From contig NC_057718.1 of NCBI RefSeq assembly GCF_004010195.1, forward strand, positions 93,964,039 through 94,028,038: DNA of 64,000 nucleotides, read 5' to 3'. The notes under the pieces were generated by a model. It was given only the letters and a program-made list of their open reading frames with translations. It made no database searches and was not told the DNA's origin. The stretch is from Chiloscyllium plagiosum. Its lineage: Eukaryota. The translations under genes were made by a program, and so were the position numbers. Positions 10,891 to 22,800 of the stretch are shown here, piece by piece (positions within the stretch are counted from its first letter, which is position 1; the number at the start of each line of letters is the position of its first letter).

Positions 10891-12744
10891 GCAAAAAACA
10901 GAAGATTGGTACGAGGTCATGATACTCATTTAATGAATCATTCCTTCTGCACCACATCATGGCTATGGTCCTGCAAAAGTATTGGAATTGAGTCAAAAGA
11001 TTCCATGTCACATCTGCATCTAATCTACCCGACCTGATTACTTTCTCATTCATTCCGAGGATGTGGGTGTCACTGATTACACCAACATTTCTTTGAGAAG
11101 GTGATGGTGAGACACCTTGTTGAACAAGTGCACCCATAAGTACTGTTAGGGAGAATAATAGAGAAACTAGATTTCAGCTCCAGAAGGACACTGCTGATCA
11201 CTTCCACCTACATTGTCATGCATCCATGACAAGTATGTTAGTGAGAGTGAGGGCAAGTAACAATCTGCTGCTGACCTATACAAAACTTCAGGGCTCAGTC
11301 AGTAGGGGTGTTAATAAGATGATGAACTTTGAAGTTCATACACAAATGTTCCCTGCCCCCAACATCACTCATTCACCCCAATGCGCGCACGCAGGCATGT
11401 GACCTAGCTACCTTCAAGTACTTCTGTCAAGTGGTTTTTCACACACAGGAGCACTGATTCATCAGATGAAATCGAGCTGTAGCTGGTAATCAGCAGGAGG
11501 CTTCCTTGTCCATGTTTGACCTGATGCTGAGACTTCATGAGGTTCAGAGACAATGTCGAGCATGTCCAAGGAAAACTCCCTCTGGGCTGAATACCACCGC
11601 AGTGCCCATGGTCCAGGACATACCCAGCGATGGTGACATTGACTGAAAGATACAACTTTCTAAGTTTAATTTTACACAAATGACTGTGTCAGACTGATGC
11701 TACACCAGTTTGTGGTGCATCTGTCTCAATTTGGCATGAGTTCCCAGATATTAATGAGGAGGATGTTCCAGCATTCAGAAAGCCTGATGTTCCTTTCTTC
11801 TTCTTACATCTCAATTGATATTGTGTCGTGTAATTTAGTCAAACTATCCAAAGTGCCCAACTTACCTGACTGATGACCTCCAGCTGAAAGAAAAAACTCA
11901 CTGGGTTTCAAGACTTAACAGGAAAATAACTGTTTCCTACAAACAAATTGTCTTTAATCTTTGCTTAATTAGATAACATGAATTGCCAGATTACAACTCT
12001 GTAATGTAACCTCTATCCCTTTTCAAATTTAAAGCCCTTAAATCTTAAATCCCTTCACCAACAGACAGACACACAAAGTCAGACAAGATGTGGATATTGA
12101 GGGTGGAAAAAGGATCGGGAAGGATCAGTTCAATAGCACCAGTCTTGCCCATTGGATGCAATAAGTTGATTTTGTTCTCTTCCTTTGAGTTCCTTTTTGC
12201 TTCTTTGCTGTTGACACAAGTTTATTTCTGCACTGATGCTTCCTTCATTCACTGGTTGAGAATTCATCCTTCAGGACACTGAAAATGATCGCGATATGAA
12301 TGAGCAGATTAATCGGAGGTGGAGGACTTTGTCTGCCTGGTGGAATGACCCAAGCTCAAAGCAAAGAAAAGTGGCTAACCAAGAGCAAAGGCAGTGGCAC
12401 AAGGGAGCAGCTATAATGCCACAACAGAAGATGGGCAAAGGGAATTCAACATCTCACTGATGCAAAAGAGAGTTGTGGCTTCTTCACAGCCATGCAGTCC
12501 ATTTCTGGCCCATCTAACTGAGGAAAGAGCAGGAGTGAATATTTTTTGGAATGATCCTTTTGAAGATTTTTTTTAAAGGTCAAGAATTCATTGTGGATGA
12601 GAGTGTTTTCAACTCCACCCCACAACACCCGGAGCTGAGATAAAAAGTCCACCAATAGTTATGGAGCTAATGGAAGCCATCATACAAAGCAGAAGGAGGT
12701 GACGGAGCTTCCACTGGAATATTTAATGCATGGAGGAAAGGGGA

Positions 12745-13065
12745 GGAGATGGCCTAATGGTATTATTGCCAAACTGTTTATCCAGAAACTCAGACAGTGC
12801 TCTGGGAATCCGGATTTGAATCCTGCCATGGGCTAATGGTGGAATTTGAATTCAATAAAGGTTATTTGGAATTAAGAATCCACTGATGGCCATGAAACCA
12901 TTGTCAATTGTCAGAAAGACCCAACTGGCTCACTAATCTCCCTCAGCAAAGGAAATGTGCCATCCTCACCTGGTCTGGTCTACACTTAACTCCAACAAAG
13001 TTCTTGACATGGGCTATAAATGATGCCATAACCAGTCACATTCTCATCCTCTAAATGAGTGCAGA
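12745..13065 (+). mobile_element. LF-SINE-like tRNA-derived SINE
   Basis: Head with B-box-like ggatttgaatcc; core cccaactggctcactaatctccctcagcaaaggaaatgtgccatcctcacctggtctggtctacac; tail shared with LINE family 2. Confidence 0.7.
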
Positions 13066-13111
13066 AAAGGAACTGATATCCCAGTTCTTCTTCTTCATCC
13101 TGAGATCTAGA

Positions 13112-13260
13112 AATTTACGGAGGAGGCGGTGTTGGACTGGGGTAGACAAAGTTAAAAAGCACACAACAGCAGGTAACCGATGAAGGATGAAGGAGCAAGA
13201 CTCTGAAAGCTAGTGCTTCCAAATAAACCTGGTGTTATTACCTGGTGTTGTGTGATTTTT
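13112..13260. mobile_element. degenerate PLE family B fold-back
   Basis: ggtgttggactggggtagacaaagttaaaaagcacacaaca...gatgaaggagcaagactctgaaagctagtgcttccaaataaacc...gtgtgatttt. Confidence 0.75.
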
Positions 13261-13624
13261 ATCCGATCCGGAATGACAAGAAAGTCCTAAGTGGCTTCAA
13301 GATTCTGTCAATCGTCAAGAAAGGAGATAAATCCGACTGTGAAAATTACAGAGTGACCTCCCTGCCCTACCTTCCAGGAAATAACTCTTCTGAACTGACT
13401 CATTACCTGTTCTGAACAGCTAGTCCTTAAATCCCAATGTGGGATTAGGCCATCAAAAGGCACAACGTGATTTTAACAGCTCACCAACTGCAAAAAACAT
13501 GTTGCAAACAATATCAACCCTTCCACATAATATTTTATGACTTTATAACGGTCTTGACTCAATAAATCATTAAGCATCTGCTAATAGATGTCCTCCAAAA
13601 TCTGTTATCACTTCACTTGCCTCA

Positions 13625-14075
13625 TGTTTCCTCCGGTGCTCTTCCTACAGTCCAAAGATGCGCAGGTTAGGTGGCTTGGCTATTGGAAATACCTCCATAG
13701 TGTCCAGGAGTGTGCAAGCTAGGTAGTTAGCCATGGGGAATACAGGGATGGGGTAGGTCTGGGTGGGATGCTCTTCTGAGTGTCAATGTGGGCTAGATAG
13801 GCTGAATAGAGCTGAAAATGTGTTGCTAGAAAGGCGCAGCAGGTCAGGCAGCATCCAAGGAGCAGGAGAATCGATGTTTCGGGCATGAGCCCTTCTTCAG
13901 CCTTTCCTGAAGAAGGGCTCTTGCCCAAAACGTCGATTCTCCTGCTCCTTGGATGCTGCCTGACCTGCTGCGCTTTTCCAGCAACACATTTTCAGCTCTG
14001 ATCTCCAGCATCTGCAGTCCTCACTTTCTCCTAGATAGGCTGAATAGCCTGCTTCCACACTGTATGGATTCTGTG
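13625..14075 (+). mobile_element. HE1-type V-SINE 3' part, split by a PLE palindrome
   Basis: tttcctccggtgctc...cagtccaaagatgcgcaggttaggtgg...gcctgcttccacactgta. Confidence 0.85.
13810..14030. mobile_element. PLE family A fold-back element, two opposed hammerhead motifs
   Basis: Arms of ~85 bp centred near 13893; 17-bp TSD ctagataggctgaatag at 13793-13809 and 14031-14047. Confidence 0.92.
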
Positions 14076-14504
14076 GTTCAATGATATTCGGGATCTTAGC
14101 AATGGATCCATCACAGAGTGCAATGAGGTTAGTACAGGAGATGAAAAAGGTTGCGTGATTGCCCCAACTCTGTTTTTCTATCTTTTGCTCTGTCAGACTA
14201 GAAACAAGCTCCCTGATGGAGAGCTGCTTATATCTTGAATGGACAGTGAGAAATTCAATTTCAGTCAACTCCAATCAAAGATTAAGACCACCTCAACTTC
14301 AACCAATCAGTCTTCCATTTGCAAGCACACACTCCCAGCTCCATTGATAAGGAATTGGGTGAATATCTGAAAAACATGGAGCACTTCCAATAATTTGGGA
14401 GTTATCTCACAGCAGGCTGGTGATGATGAGATCCAGCACAGTGTGAAATCTAATGGTGCTGCCTTTAATGCCTGAAGCAGATAGATATGTGAATTGGATT
14501 TTGG

Positions 14505-14945
14505 GATTTGGGTGTTGCTGCATTTCTTGTCTATTCCAAATTTCCCAGAGTGCTGTTAAGAATCGAGTGCATTGCTATGAGTCTGGTGTCACATGTGGTC
14601 TGTGACAGATTTCCAGTATATTAATGGAACAGATGCATTTTTATGACAATGGCTCGACTACCACCTGATGAAGGAGCGTCGCTCCAAAAGCTAGTGTGCT
14701 TCCACTTAAACCTGTTGGACTATAGCCTGGTGTTGCGTGATTTTTAACTTTGTACACCCCAGTCCAACACCGGCATCTCCAAATCATCCATAATCATCAT
14801 TAGACTAGCTTTTTTGTTATTGTAGATGTTTATTGATTTCAAATTTCAGCAAATGCCATGATGAGATTTGAATCTGTATCTTTAGGATATTGCCCTTGTG
14901 TTCTGGATTATTAGCCCAGTGACATAACCATTACGCCACTACATC
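14505..14945 (-). mobile_element. LF-SINE-like element containing a PLE family B arm (14660-14787)
   Basis: Reverse complement of the LF-SINE-like head and core; insert cacctgatgaaggagcgtcgctccaaaagctagtg...caccggcatctccaaatcat. Confidence 0.7.
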
Positions 14946-15194
14946 ATCTCATGACTGAAACACCAGCATTGAACCAAACTCACATGGTCATTCTACCTAC
15001 TTCATCATACCAGGACTGAAACGTGCAGAATGTACAGGAGTCAACTCAAAGCACTGGAGTCATACCAACACTGCCTGAAGATGAACTTGCACAGAGAAAG
15101 ACACAGCAACATTAGCACCCTCTCACAAGCATAGAAGCTGTGATCATTCATCTTCAGCTTTGTTAGATGGGTTGAATGTCAAACGATTCAAACA

Positions 15195-15510
15195 TCCACT
15201 GCCTTCACCACTGATGCTCAGTAATAGCATTGTGAACCATGGACAAGTCCCAATACAGAAATTCATCAAGGTTCCTTAGACCTTTCAGATGCAAGACCAT
15301 TAACATCTCGAAAGATAATGGCAATAGTTACATGGGAACACCATCCCTTGCAAGTTCCCCTCCAAGCTACTCACCAACCTGACTTGGAAATATATCGTCT
15401 TTACTTCAGTGTCGCTGGGTCCAAATCCTGTAACTCCCTCCTTAAGGACATGGGTCTACCAACACAACACGGACTGCAACAGTTCAAGAAGGCACCACCT
15501 TTTCAAAGGC
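15195..15510 (+). mobile_element. LINE family 2 3' fragment
   Basis: catgggaacaccatcccttgcaagttcccctccaag...ggactgcaacagttcaagaaggca. Confidence 0.75.
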
Positions 15511-15967
15511 ATCTACCTTTTGGGAGATTCTGGGACCAAAGTGCAGAAAATCAGAAGAAAGTGTCACAAATTTAAAAATAAGGTGAGGAGGAATTTCTAC
15601 TCAGATACTTCTGAACTTGTGGAATTCTTGAACCTAGAGGGCTCTTGAGGTGCAGCAGATTTGATAAGCTGAATGGCCTATTTCTGCGACTACATCTTAT
15701 GATCTGATCTAAGATTGGGCAAAAATTACAATGCCCCATTAATGAATTTTAAAAAATAATTATTTAACATTTTTTTTGAGTCCAGCAGTAATGCTCACTT
15801 CTGCAAAAATGCAAGAGTGTTAAGAATAGGAGTATCCATATGTTGCCTAATATTTGACAACAATATGCTTTTTCAAAAGTAGGGATGCAAACTTGCAATA
15901 TGAACCAATGATTTTGGGTGTTTAGACTTGCGCTTGTTCAATCTTTCCAAAGATGACTCAAGAATTG

Positions 15968-16190
15968 GGATGGCATGGTAGCTCAGTGATTAGCGCTGTT
16001 GCCTCACAGCAGTAGGGATCTGGGTTCAATTCCTGCCTCATGTGACTGTGTGGCGTTTGCACATTTTCCCTGTGTCTGCGTGGGTTTCCTCCAAGTACTC
16101 TGGTTTCCTTCCACAATCCAAAAAAGTGCAGGTCAGGTAAATTGCCCATAGTGTTAGGTGCATTAGTCAGGTGAAAATATAGGGTAAACT
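15968..16190 (+). mobile_element. HE1-type V-SINE
   Basis: A/B boxes (tagctcagtg, gggttcaattcc) plus V-domain. Confidence 0.9.
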
Positions 16191-16223
16191 CTAGTGGGCA
16201 GAGTCTCAACCCATTTAACCTTC

Positions 16224-16522
16224 GGGCAGCACGGTGGCTCAGTGGTTAGCACTACTGCCTCCCAGCATCAGGGTCCCAAGTTTAATTCCAGCCTTGGGCA
16301 ACTGTCTGTGTGGAGTTTGTACATTCTCCCTGTGTCTGCGTGGGCTCCCTCCGGGTGCTCTGGTCCAAAGATGTGCAGGTCAGGTGAATTTGCTAAATTG
16401 CACATAGTGTTAGGTGCATTAGCCAGAGGGAAAAAGGTCTGGGTGGGTTACTTTTTCGAGGGTCAATGTGGACTGGTTGGGCCGAATGGCCTGTTGCCAC
16501 ACTGTAGGGAATCTCATCTAAT
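16224..16522 (+). mobile_element. HE1-type V-SINE, near full length
   Basis: gggcagcacggtggctcagtggttagcac...tgtgtggagtttgtacattctccctgtgtctgcg...ggcctgttgccacactgtagggaatctcatctaatc. Confidence 0.9.
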
Positions 16523-16537
16523 CATAAGACAATCCAG

Positions 16538-16659
16538 AGGAGAAAGTGAGGGCTGGAGATCGGAGTCAAAGAGTGTGGCGCTGGAAATGCACAGCAGGTC
16601 AGGCAGCATCCGAGGACCAGGAGAGTTGACGTGTTGGGCATAAGCCCTTCATCTGGAAC
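16538..16659 (-). mobile_element. PLE family A single arm
   Basis: Family A sequence ending ...gggcataagcccttcatctggaa; agacaatcc repeated at 16527-16535 and 16660-16668. Confidence 0.85.
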
Positions 16660-17844
16660 AGACAATCCCTCCATACCAAGGATCATCCGAATAAACCTTC
16701 TGTGAACTGCCTCCAGTGAAATGATATCTCACCTTAAATAAGGGCATAAATGCTGATTGTTCTTGTATAATGTGTAATGAACACGACACACTTCCCCTTA
16801 CTTAACTCAAATAAAATGTTCCCTATAAATTTCCGTAAGACTTTCACTAATGTTTTAGTATCTGGTCTGATTCCTACATTTTAATCTTTATTTTATGCCA
16901 CCTTTTATTCACCGTCAGAAAGAACAGCCAACCTAATGGGCATGGTGTGCTTTATCATTGTTCAGAGAGAAATGCTTCTGACTTAAAGTATAGGGAAGAC
17001 AATATCAAAGTTAATGTTGATTAGTTTAATAAATCCATTGACATATTAAACACCCATTACCTCAGTAGCCTCTTTAAAACTTGCATCGATATGCACTACT
17101 CTCAGAAGCAAGCATTTAAAGTAGCCTTGTTTTTCCTGAATCTATTCTTTTGAAATTATCAGTTTGCAAAAGATTGTTGGGAATGAGTCAGGAGCTAAGT
17201 TTATCGATTATTGGTTCAGTAACAGTGAGTTCAGTGTCATGTAAAATGTCCAAAGAATGACAATTTTAATCCAGGAATAACTTTAGGGCATACATCTACC
17301 AGAAGCATTAAAAATAAATGAAGAGACTCTTAATTCAATAAAAGGAAATCAGAATACCTCAAGAATATACAGGGTAGAATTTTCCCAGCCTCTGAATGAT
17401 ATGGGCAATGGCAGAAAGGTTGAAGTAATTGAGTGAGAAGAAAAAGGTGTGATTCTCAACGTTGGAAAGTTAAAGTCAAAGGACAAGATGAAACACATGC
17501 TAGAGAACAGTTCACTAGTACCTTACATTGGAATGCTGCTGGCAGTTTGATTTGTGCGTAGGGACAGACAGCCATCTCCTGCACATGGGGTATCTCAGGG
17601 CTTTTGTCTTGCTTCCTCAGCGCTCACAGACTTTGTGCCTATTTGGACGCACAGCATCTCTGGGCCTTGCCCTGTGTTTTTGCATAATGCCACTTCATTC
17701 AGAACTTTCAGGATTACATTAGGAAAACCCTCCTACCCTGCCACAGCCTTTCATGGCTGTCAGCAGTGACTAGTCAAGGGGAAGACATTTGTGACGATGC
17801 TCTCACTTCAAAAAGGTTACCTTGTCCTTGATTTAACCGTACAG

Positions 17845-18025
17845 AGAACATACAAACATAAGAACTGAGGGCAGGAGTAGGCCTTTTGGGCCTTTGAGCC
17901 TGCTCCACCATTCAATAAGATCATGACTGATCTTTTTGTGGACTCAGCTCCACTTACCCACCCTCTCACTGTGTCCTTTAACTCCTTTATTGTTAAAAAA
18001 AAATCTACCTTAGCTTTAAAAATCT
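17845..18025 (-). mobile_element. CR1 3' terminal fragment
   Basis: cataagaact...ggagtaggcc...gagcctgctccaccattcaataagatcatgactgatct. Confidence 0.7.
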
Positions 18026-18792
18026 ACCGTGCATTCCCCCCATCGCTGTATTTGTCCTAAACCCCAGATAGATTGACTCACTCACTCACTATGAGGCAAA
18101 CTTTCCTTTGGAATTGAGCAGGATAATTGAGCGAGGATTAAGGCAGCTGACAGATAGGCAGAAAACACGAGCCTGGGCAATGTGAGATGGGATCCATACT
18201 TGCCTGCCCTTTTTTAAGGGACACGCACCTGTTGACTGTCTACCAGATCGAGGGAAGCATGTCAAATATCAGATATATATACACATTCGAAAAGTCATGT
18301 GCCTTTACAAGCGACTTGCTGTTAAAAAAAAAGGCAGATAAAGCAATTGGGGAAACCGAAATGAGCAGTGAACCTGAATAGCTTCAAGTAATGAACCAAT
18401 AGGTATTGTTAAGATTTTATTTCATGCCCTTGTGGTTTGTCTGACTGTTAAAACCTTAGCATTGTGGCTTTGAACAACACATATCAAAGAATCCTTTTTG
18501 TTTTGTTTCAGAGATAAAAGTTGATTGTCCTTTCAGCTTTGAAGTTGCAGCTTGTCTCATTTGAATAAGCTTACACATGTTTCTTGAAAGGCTAAATTGG
18601 ACATTGTCATACTGGGAAAAATCGAGGCATAATGAAGAAGTGAACAGAAAAAGCCGACCTCTCTTTCATTCTACGGATTGTGAATGATGGCCTATTATTG
18701 TTCAGTTGAACTTATGACACACTGACTGATATGTATTGAATGGACTTGAAGACATGAACTCCAGGGGAAGGCTACCTGGCTTTATGTGGGAG

Positions 18793-19170
18793 CAGGAGCA
18801 AGTAAGGACTGCAGATGCTGGAGAGACAGAGTCAAAAAGTGTGGCACTGGAAAAGCACAGCCAGTCAGGCAGCATCCGAGGAGCAGGAGAGTCAACGTTT
18901 TGGGCATAAGCCCTTCATCAGTAATGGGGGAGGGGGTAGGAAGGGGGCTGAGAGATAAAGAGGGGATAAATAGGGAATAATAGGGGAATAATGGTAAATG
19001 GCAAAAATGGGGCTGGGGAAGGGTAGGTGGGGAGGTGATAGGTGGATGCAGATGGGAGGCAGAGGTGGCTTGGGGGATGCAGTGAGAGAGACACACACAC
19101 TGAGATTCTTGTGGAGGGAGAAGGAGAACTTCTTCATGGTAGACATCCTTGGAAGAGGCTTCACAGTAAT
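18793..19170 (-). mobile_element. PLE family A pLTR with purine-rich upstream segment
   Basis: Family A tail and hammerhead (cccttcatcag ~18920), then a G-rich tract like that at 45660-45880. Confidence 0.8.
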
Positions 19171-19382
19171 GTTACAGAGACTAAGAGAAAGTGATGCCTG
19201 AAGACAGAAGCAAAAACAGCAGCTATGGAGGCAGAAATTTCTGGAAGTATCTTCTTTTTTTTCACCATTTGTTCATAGGTGTGAGCTTCACCAGCAAGGG
19301 CAACATTTTTGGCCCATCCTTAAATGCCTTTGAGAATACTGGGAAGAAACTACCTTCTTCGTTGCTGCAGTCTCTCTGATTT

Positions 19383-19578
19383 TGTAGAATCCTTACAGTG
19401 CAGAAAGAAGCCATTTGGCCCATCAGGTCTACACTGACCCTCTGAGGGGCATCCCACCCAGACCCAGCCCCCCACCCTATGCTCGTAACCCCACATTTCC
19501 TATGGCTAATCCACGTAGCCTGCACAAGCCTGGGCACTCTGAGTGATTTAGCATGACCAATCCACCGAACTCGCACAT
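19383..19578 (-). mobile_element. HE1-type SINE 3' part
   Basis: tagaatccttacagtgcag...gccatttggccc...atttagcatgaccaatccacc. Confidence 0.85.
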
Positions 19579-20676
19579 CGAGTCAGAGGGATGTACAGCA
19601 CAGAAACAGACCCTTCAGTCCAACCTGTCCATGCCGACCAGCTATCCCAATCCAATCTAGTCCCACCTGCCAGTACCCGGCCTATATCCCTCCAAACCCT
19701 TCCTATTCATATGACCAATTGTACCAGCCTCCACTACTTCCTCTGGCAGCTCATTCCATACACGTACCACCCTGGGTGTGAAAAAGTTGCCCCTTAGGTC
19801 TCTTGTATATCTTTCCCCTCTCACCGTAAAACTATTCTTACTCATTCTGGACTCCCCGACCCCAGGGAGAAGACTTTGTCTATTTATCTTATCCATGCCC
19901 CTCATAATTTTGTAAACATCTATAAGGTCACCCCTCAGCCTCCGACGCTCCAGGGAAAACAGCCCCAGCCTGTTCAGCCTCTCCCTGTAGCTCAAATCCT
20001 CTAACCCTGGCAACATCCTTGTAAATCTTTTCTAAACCCTTTCAGGTTTCACAACATCTTTCCGATAGGAAGGAGACCAGAATTGCATACAATATTCCAA
20101 CAGTGGTCTAACCAATGTCCTGTACAGCCGCAACATGACCTCCCAACTCCTGTACTCAATACTCTGACAAATAAAGAAAAGTATATCAAATGCCTTCTTC
20201 ACTATCCTATCTACCTGCGACTCCACTCTCAAGGAGCTATGAACATGCACTCCAAGGTCTCTTTGTTCAGCAACACTCCCTAGGACCTTACCATTAAGTG
20301 TATAAGTCCTGCTAAGATTTGCTTTCCCAAAATGCAGAACCTTGCACTTATCTGAATTAAACTCCATCTGCCACTTCACGGCCCATTGGCCCATCTGGTC
20401 AAGTTCCTGTTGTAATCTGAGGTAACCTCCTTCTCTGTCCACTACACCTCCAGTTTTCATGTCATCTGCAAACTTACTAACTACACCTTCTATGTTCACA
20501 TCCAAATCATTTATGTAAATGACAAAAAGTAGTGGACCCAGCAACAATCCTTGTGGCACTCCACTGGTCACAGGCCTCCAGTCTGAAAAACAGCCCTCTA
20601 CCACAACCCTCTGTCTTCTACTTTGAGCCAGTTCTATATCCAAATGGCTAGTTCTCCCTGTATTCCATGAGATCTC

Positions 20677-20816
20677 CTGAAGAAGCCCTTCCTGAAGAAG
20701 GGCTTATGCCCGAAACGTCGATTCTCCTGTTCCCTGGATGCTGCCTGACCTGCTGCACTTTTCCAGCAACACATTTTCAGCTCTGATCTCCAGCATCTGC
20801 AGTCCTCACTTTCTCC
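20677..20816 (+). mobile_element. PLE family A single arm inserted in CR1 RT
   Basis: 13-bp TSD tccatgagatctc at 20664-20676 and 20817-20829. Confidence 0.92.
20690..20721 (+). ncRNA. minimal hammerhead ribozyme motif (family A), intact core
   Basis: tc-CTGAAGA-a-gggc-ttat-gccc-GAAACGTC-ga. Confidence 0.8.
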
Positions 20817-21204
20817 TCCATGAGATCTCACCTTGCTAACCAGTCTCCCCTGGGGAACCTTGTCAAACACCTTATTGAAGTCCATATAGATCACATCTAC
20901 CGCTCTGCCCTCATCAATCCTCTTTGTTACTTCTTCAAAAAACTCAATTAAATTTGTGAGATGTGATTTCCCACACACAAAGCCACATTGACTATCCCTA
21001 ATCAGTCCTTGCCTTTCCAAATACATGTACATCCTATCCCTTAGGATTCCCTCCAACAACTCGCTCAATGTCAGGCTCACTGGTCTATAGTTCCCAGGCT
21101 TGTCCTTTCTACCCTTCTTAAAGAGTGGCACCACGTTAGCCAACCTCCAGTCTTTCGGCACCTCACCTGTGACTATCGATGGTACAAATAGCCCAGCAAG
21201 AGAG

Positions 21205-21580
21205 CCAGCACTTTGGACTTATGCTGTTAAGGAGGGAATTGGAGATTTTTAACTCAATGACAGCAAGTGAATGATGATATCTTTCTCAGGCAGTCTGGTG
21301 GGATGCCTGGAGGGCAGACAGCATGTGAGGTATTTCTCTGGGCCTGATGGCCTCGTCTAGGTGGCAGAGGTCACAGGTTTGGAAGGTGTTGTCAAAGACA
21401 CTTGGGAATCTGCAACAGTGCTTCCTACGGGTAGTACACACTGAGGCGAATGTGAGCTGGACAGTGGTTGAATTGAAGGCAGTTTAAGCTGGCCGATGAG
21501 GTTCCAATCAAGCGGGCTGCTTTTCCCAACACAGAGCTGAGTTTCTTCATTGTGTTGAGAGCTGTACTCATCCAGGCTGG
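21205..21580 (-). mobile_element. old LINE family 2 fragment
   Basis: ggtttggaaggtgttgtc and ccaatcaagcgggctgcttt...gagctgtactcatccagg mirror the family 2 copies. Confidence 0.6.
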
Positions 21581-21710
21581 ATGTTCATTAATCCAGTTGG
21601 GTGGATGGTTGGTTTACACTGCAGAGTGATGCCATCAGTATGGGTTCAATTCCTGCACCAGCTGAGGTTATTATGAATGGAGGAATGGAGACCCAACTCA
21701 CCATGAGTTG

Positions 21711-21759
21711 CTTCCAATTAAACCTGTTGGACTATAACCTGGTGTTGTGTGATTTTTAA
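21711..21759 (+). mobile_element. 49-bp PLE family B fragment inside a tRNA-SINE (~21590-21800)
   Basis: cttccaattaaacctgttggactataacctggtgttgtgtgatttttaa; 17-bp TSD caactcaccatgagttg at 21694-21710 and 21760-21776. Confidence 0.85.
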
Positions 21760-21887
21760 CAACTCACCATGAGTTGTCTGTTTCTATAAGGGAGTGGTAC
21801 TACGGTGCCTTCACTGACAAGTGAGGAGCATTCATATAAACAGGTAACCTAGCAGTGTGTGGATCCTATAGCAAACACTGATGCTGA

Positions 21888-21990
21888 CAACGAAAACAGA
21901 TGTTGCTGGAAAAGCTCATCAGGTCTGGCAGCATCTGTAAAGAGAAATCAGAGTTAATGTTTCTGCTCCAGTGATCGTTCCTCAGAACTG
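21888..21990 (-). mobile_element. older family A-related pLTR fragment
   Basis: gttgctggaaaagctcatcaggtctggcagcatctg...gtttc...ttcctcagaact (degenerate CTGAGGA...GAAAC on the minus strand). Confidence 0.65.
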
Positions 21991-22564
21991 GTCGCAAATG
22001 TCCAGCATTTTGATATTTTTATTTCCAATTCTCTGCATGTATGGTTTCCCGTTGTAACTTGACCAGTGGATTTTGATATTGCTTTGAGTACAATTGAATG
22101 AAAAGTCAATCAGTGTGTCATTTGACATGAAAAGAGGCAATCTGGAATGAGTTTTGATTGCAGGTTAACTATGATCATTGAAGGACTCAATTGCCATCTT
22201 TTAAAATAATGATTTTGGTTATTATAGTTCAGGGAAACCATATTTATATATTTGTGTAATGAAGGAAGAAGTTGCATTGATGTCCTGATATAGCACGCTT
22301 GACAATCTAATGATGACCCAAAGCTCTTCAATTAACCCCTTTTGAAACAAAAACTGCAAATGTTGGAAGCACTCACAGAATCAGGCAATACCTGTGGAGA
22401 GTCTAACAAGGCTAAAGTTTCAGATTGATGATGTTTCTTTAGAAATGACTCTGTTGCACAGTGTGCAAAATATTCCTGCATTTCGATTTTTATTTCAGAA
22501 ATCCAGAATGTTTTACTTTTGTTGCTGTTGCGACAGAGTGAGACATTGCAGCCAATACACACTC

Positions 22565-22800
22565 AGTGTTGAGTTAGATTATCTGTTTTGAGGGTGTTAA
22601 CTGAGGGATGGATGTTGACCAGGACACTCAGAAAGTTTCCTTGCTCTCCTACAAGTAATGCTATGGGTCGCGTTCATCTGAAGAAGAGATAGCAGCTTGG
22701 CTTGTTGTTATTCCTTCAAGATAGCACTCTCTGAAAGTGCAGCACTCCCTCCCGCAAGCCTGGAGCATATGTCCAAATATCTAAAGTCTAGCTCAAATCC
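22565..22800 (-). mobile_element. DeuSINE-like fragment
   Basis: tgagggatggatgttgaccaggacac...gcactctctgaaagtgcagcactccctc. Confidence 0.55.

Larger units (their letters stand above)
13280..15180 (+). mobile_element. decayed RTE-clade LINE, fragmented by later insertions
   Basis: KKGDKSDCENYRVTSL, KSQCGIRPSKGTT, TAHQLQKTC (13310-13570), and KGCVIAPTLFSIF (~14145-14185). Confidence 0.7.
19580..21200 (-). mobile_element. CR1 LINE ORF2 (RT) to 3' end, 5'-truncated
   Basis: NVVPLFKKG..PGNYRPVSLT, DVIYMDFNKVFDKVP, SGVPQG..LGPLLF, SKFADD, LRGDLI; frameshifted. Confidence 0.95.

Noticed and set aside
11800..12300. Possible solo LTR-like segment
   Set aside because: No termini, TSD or second copy that I can verify.
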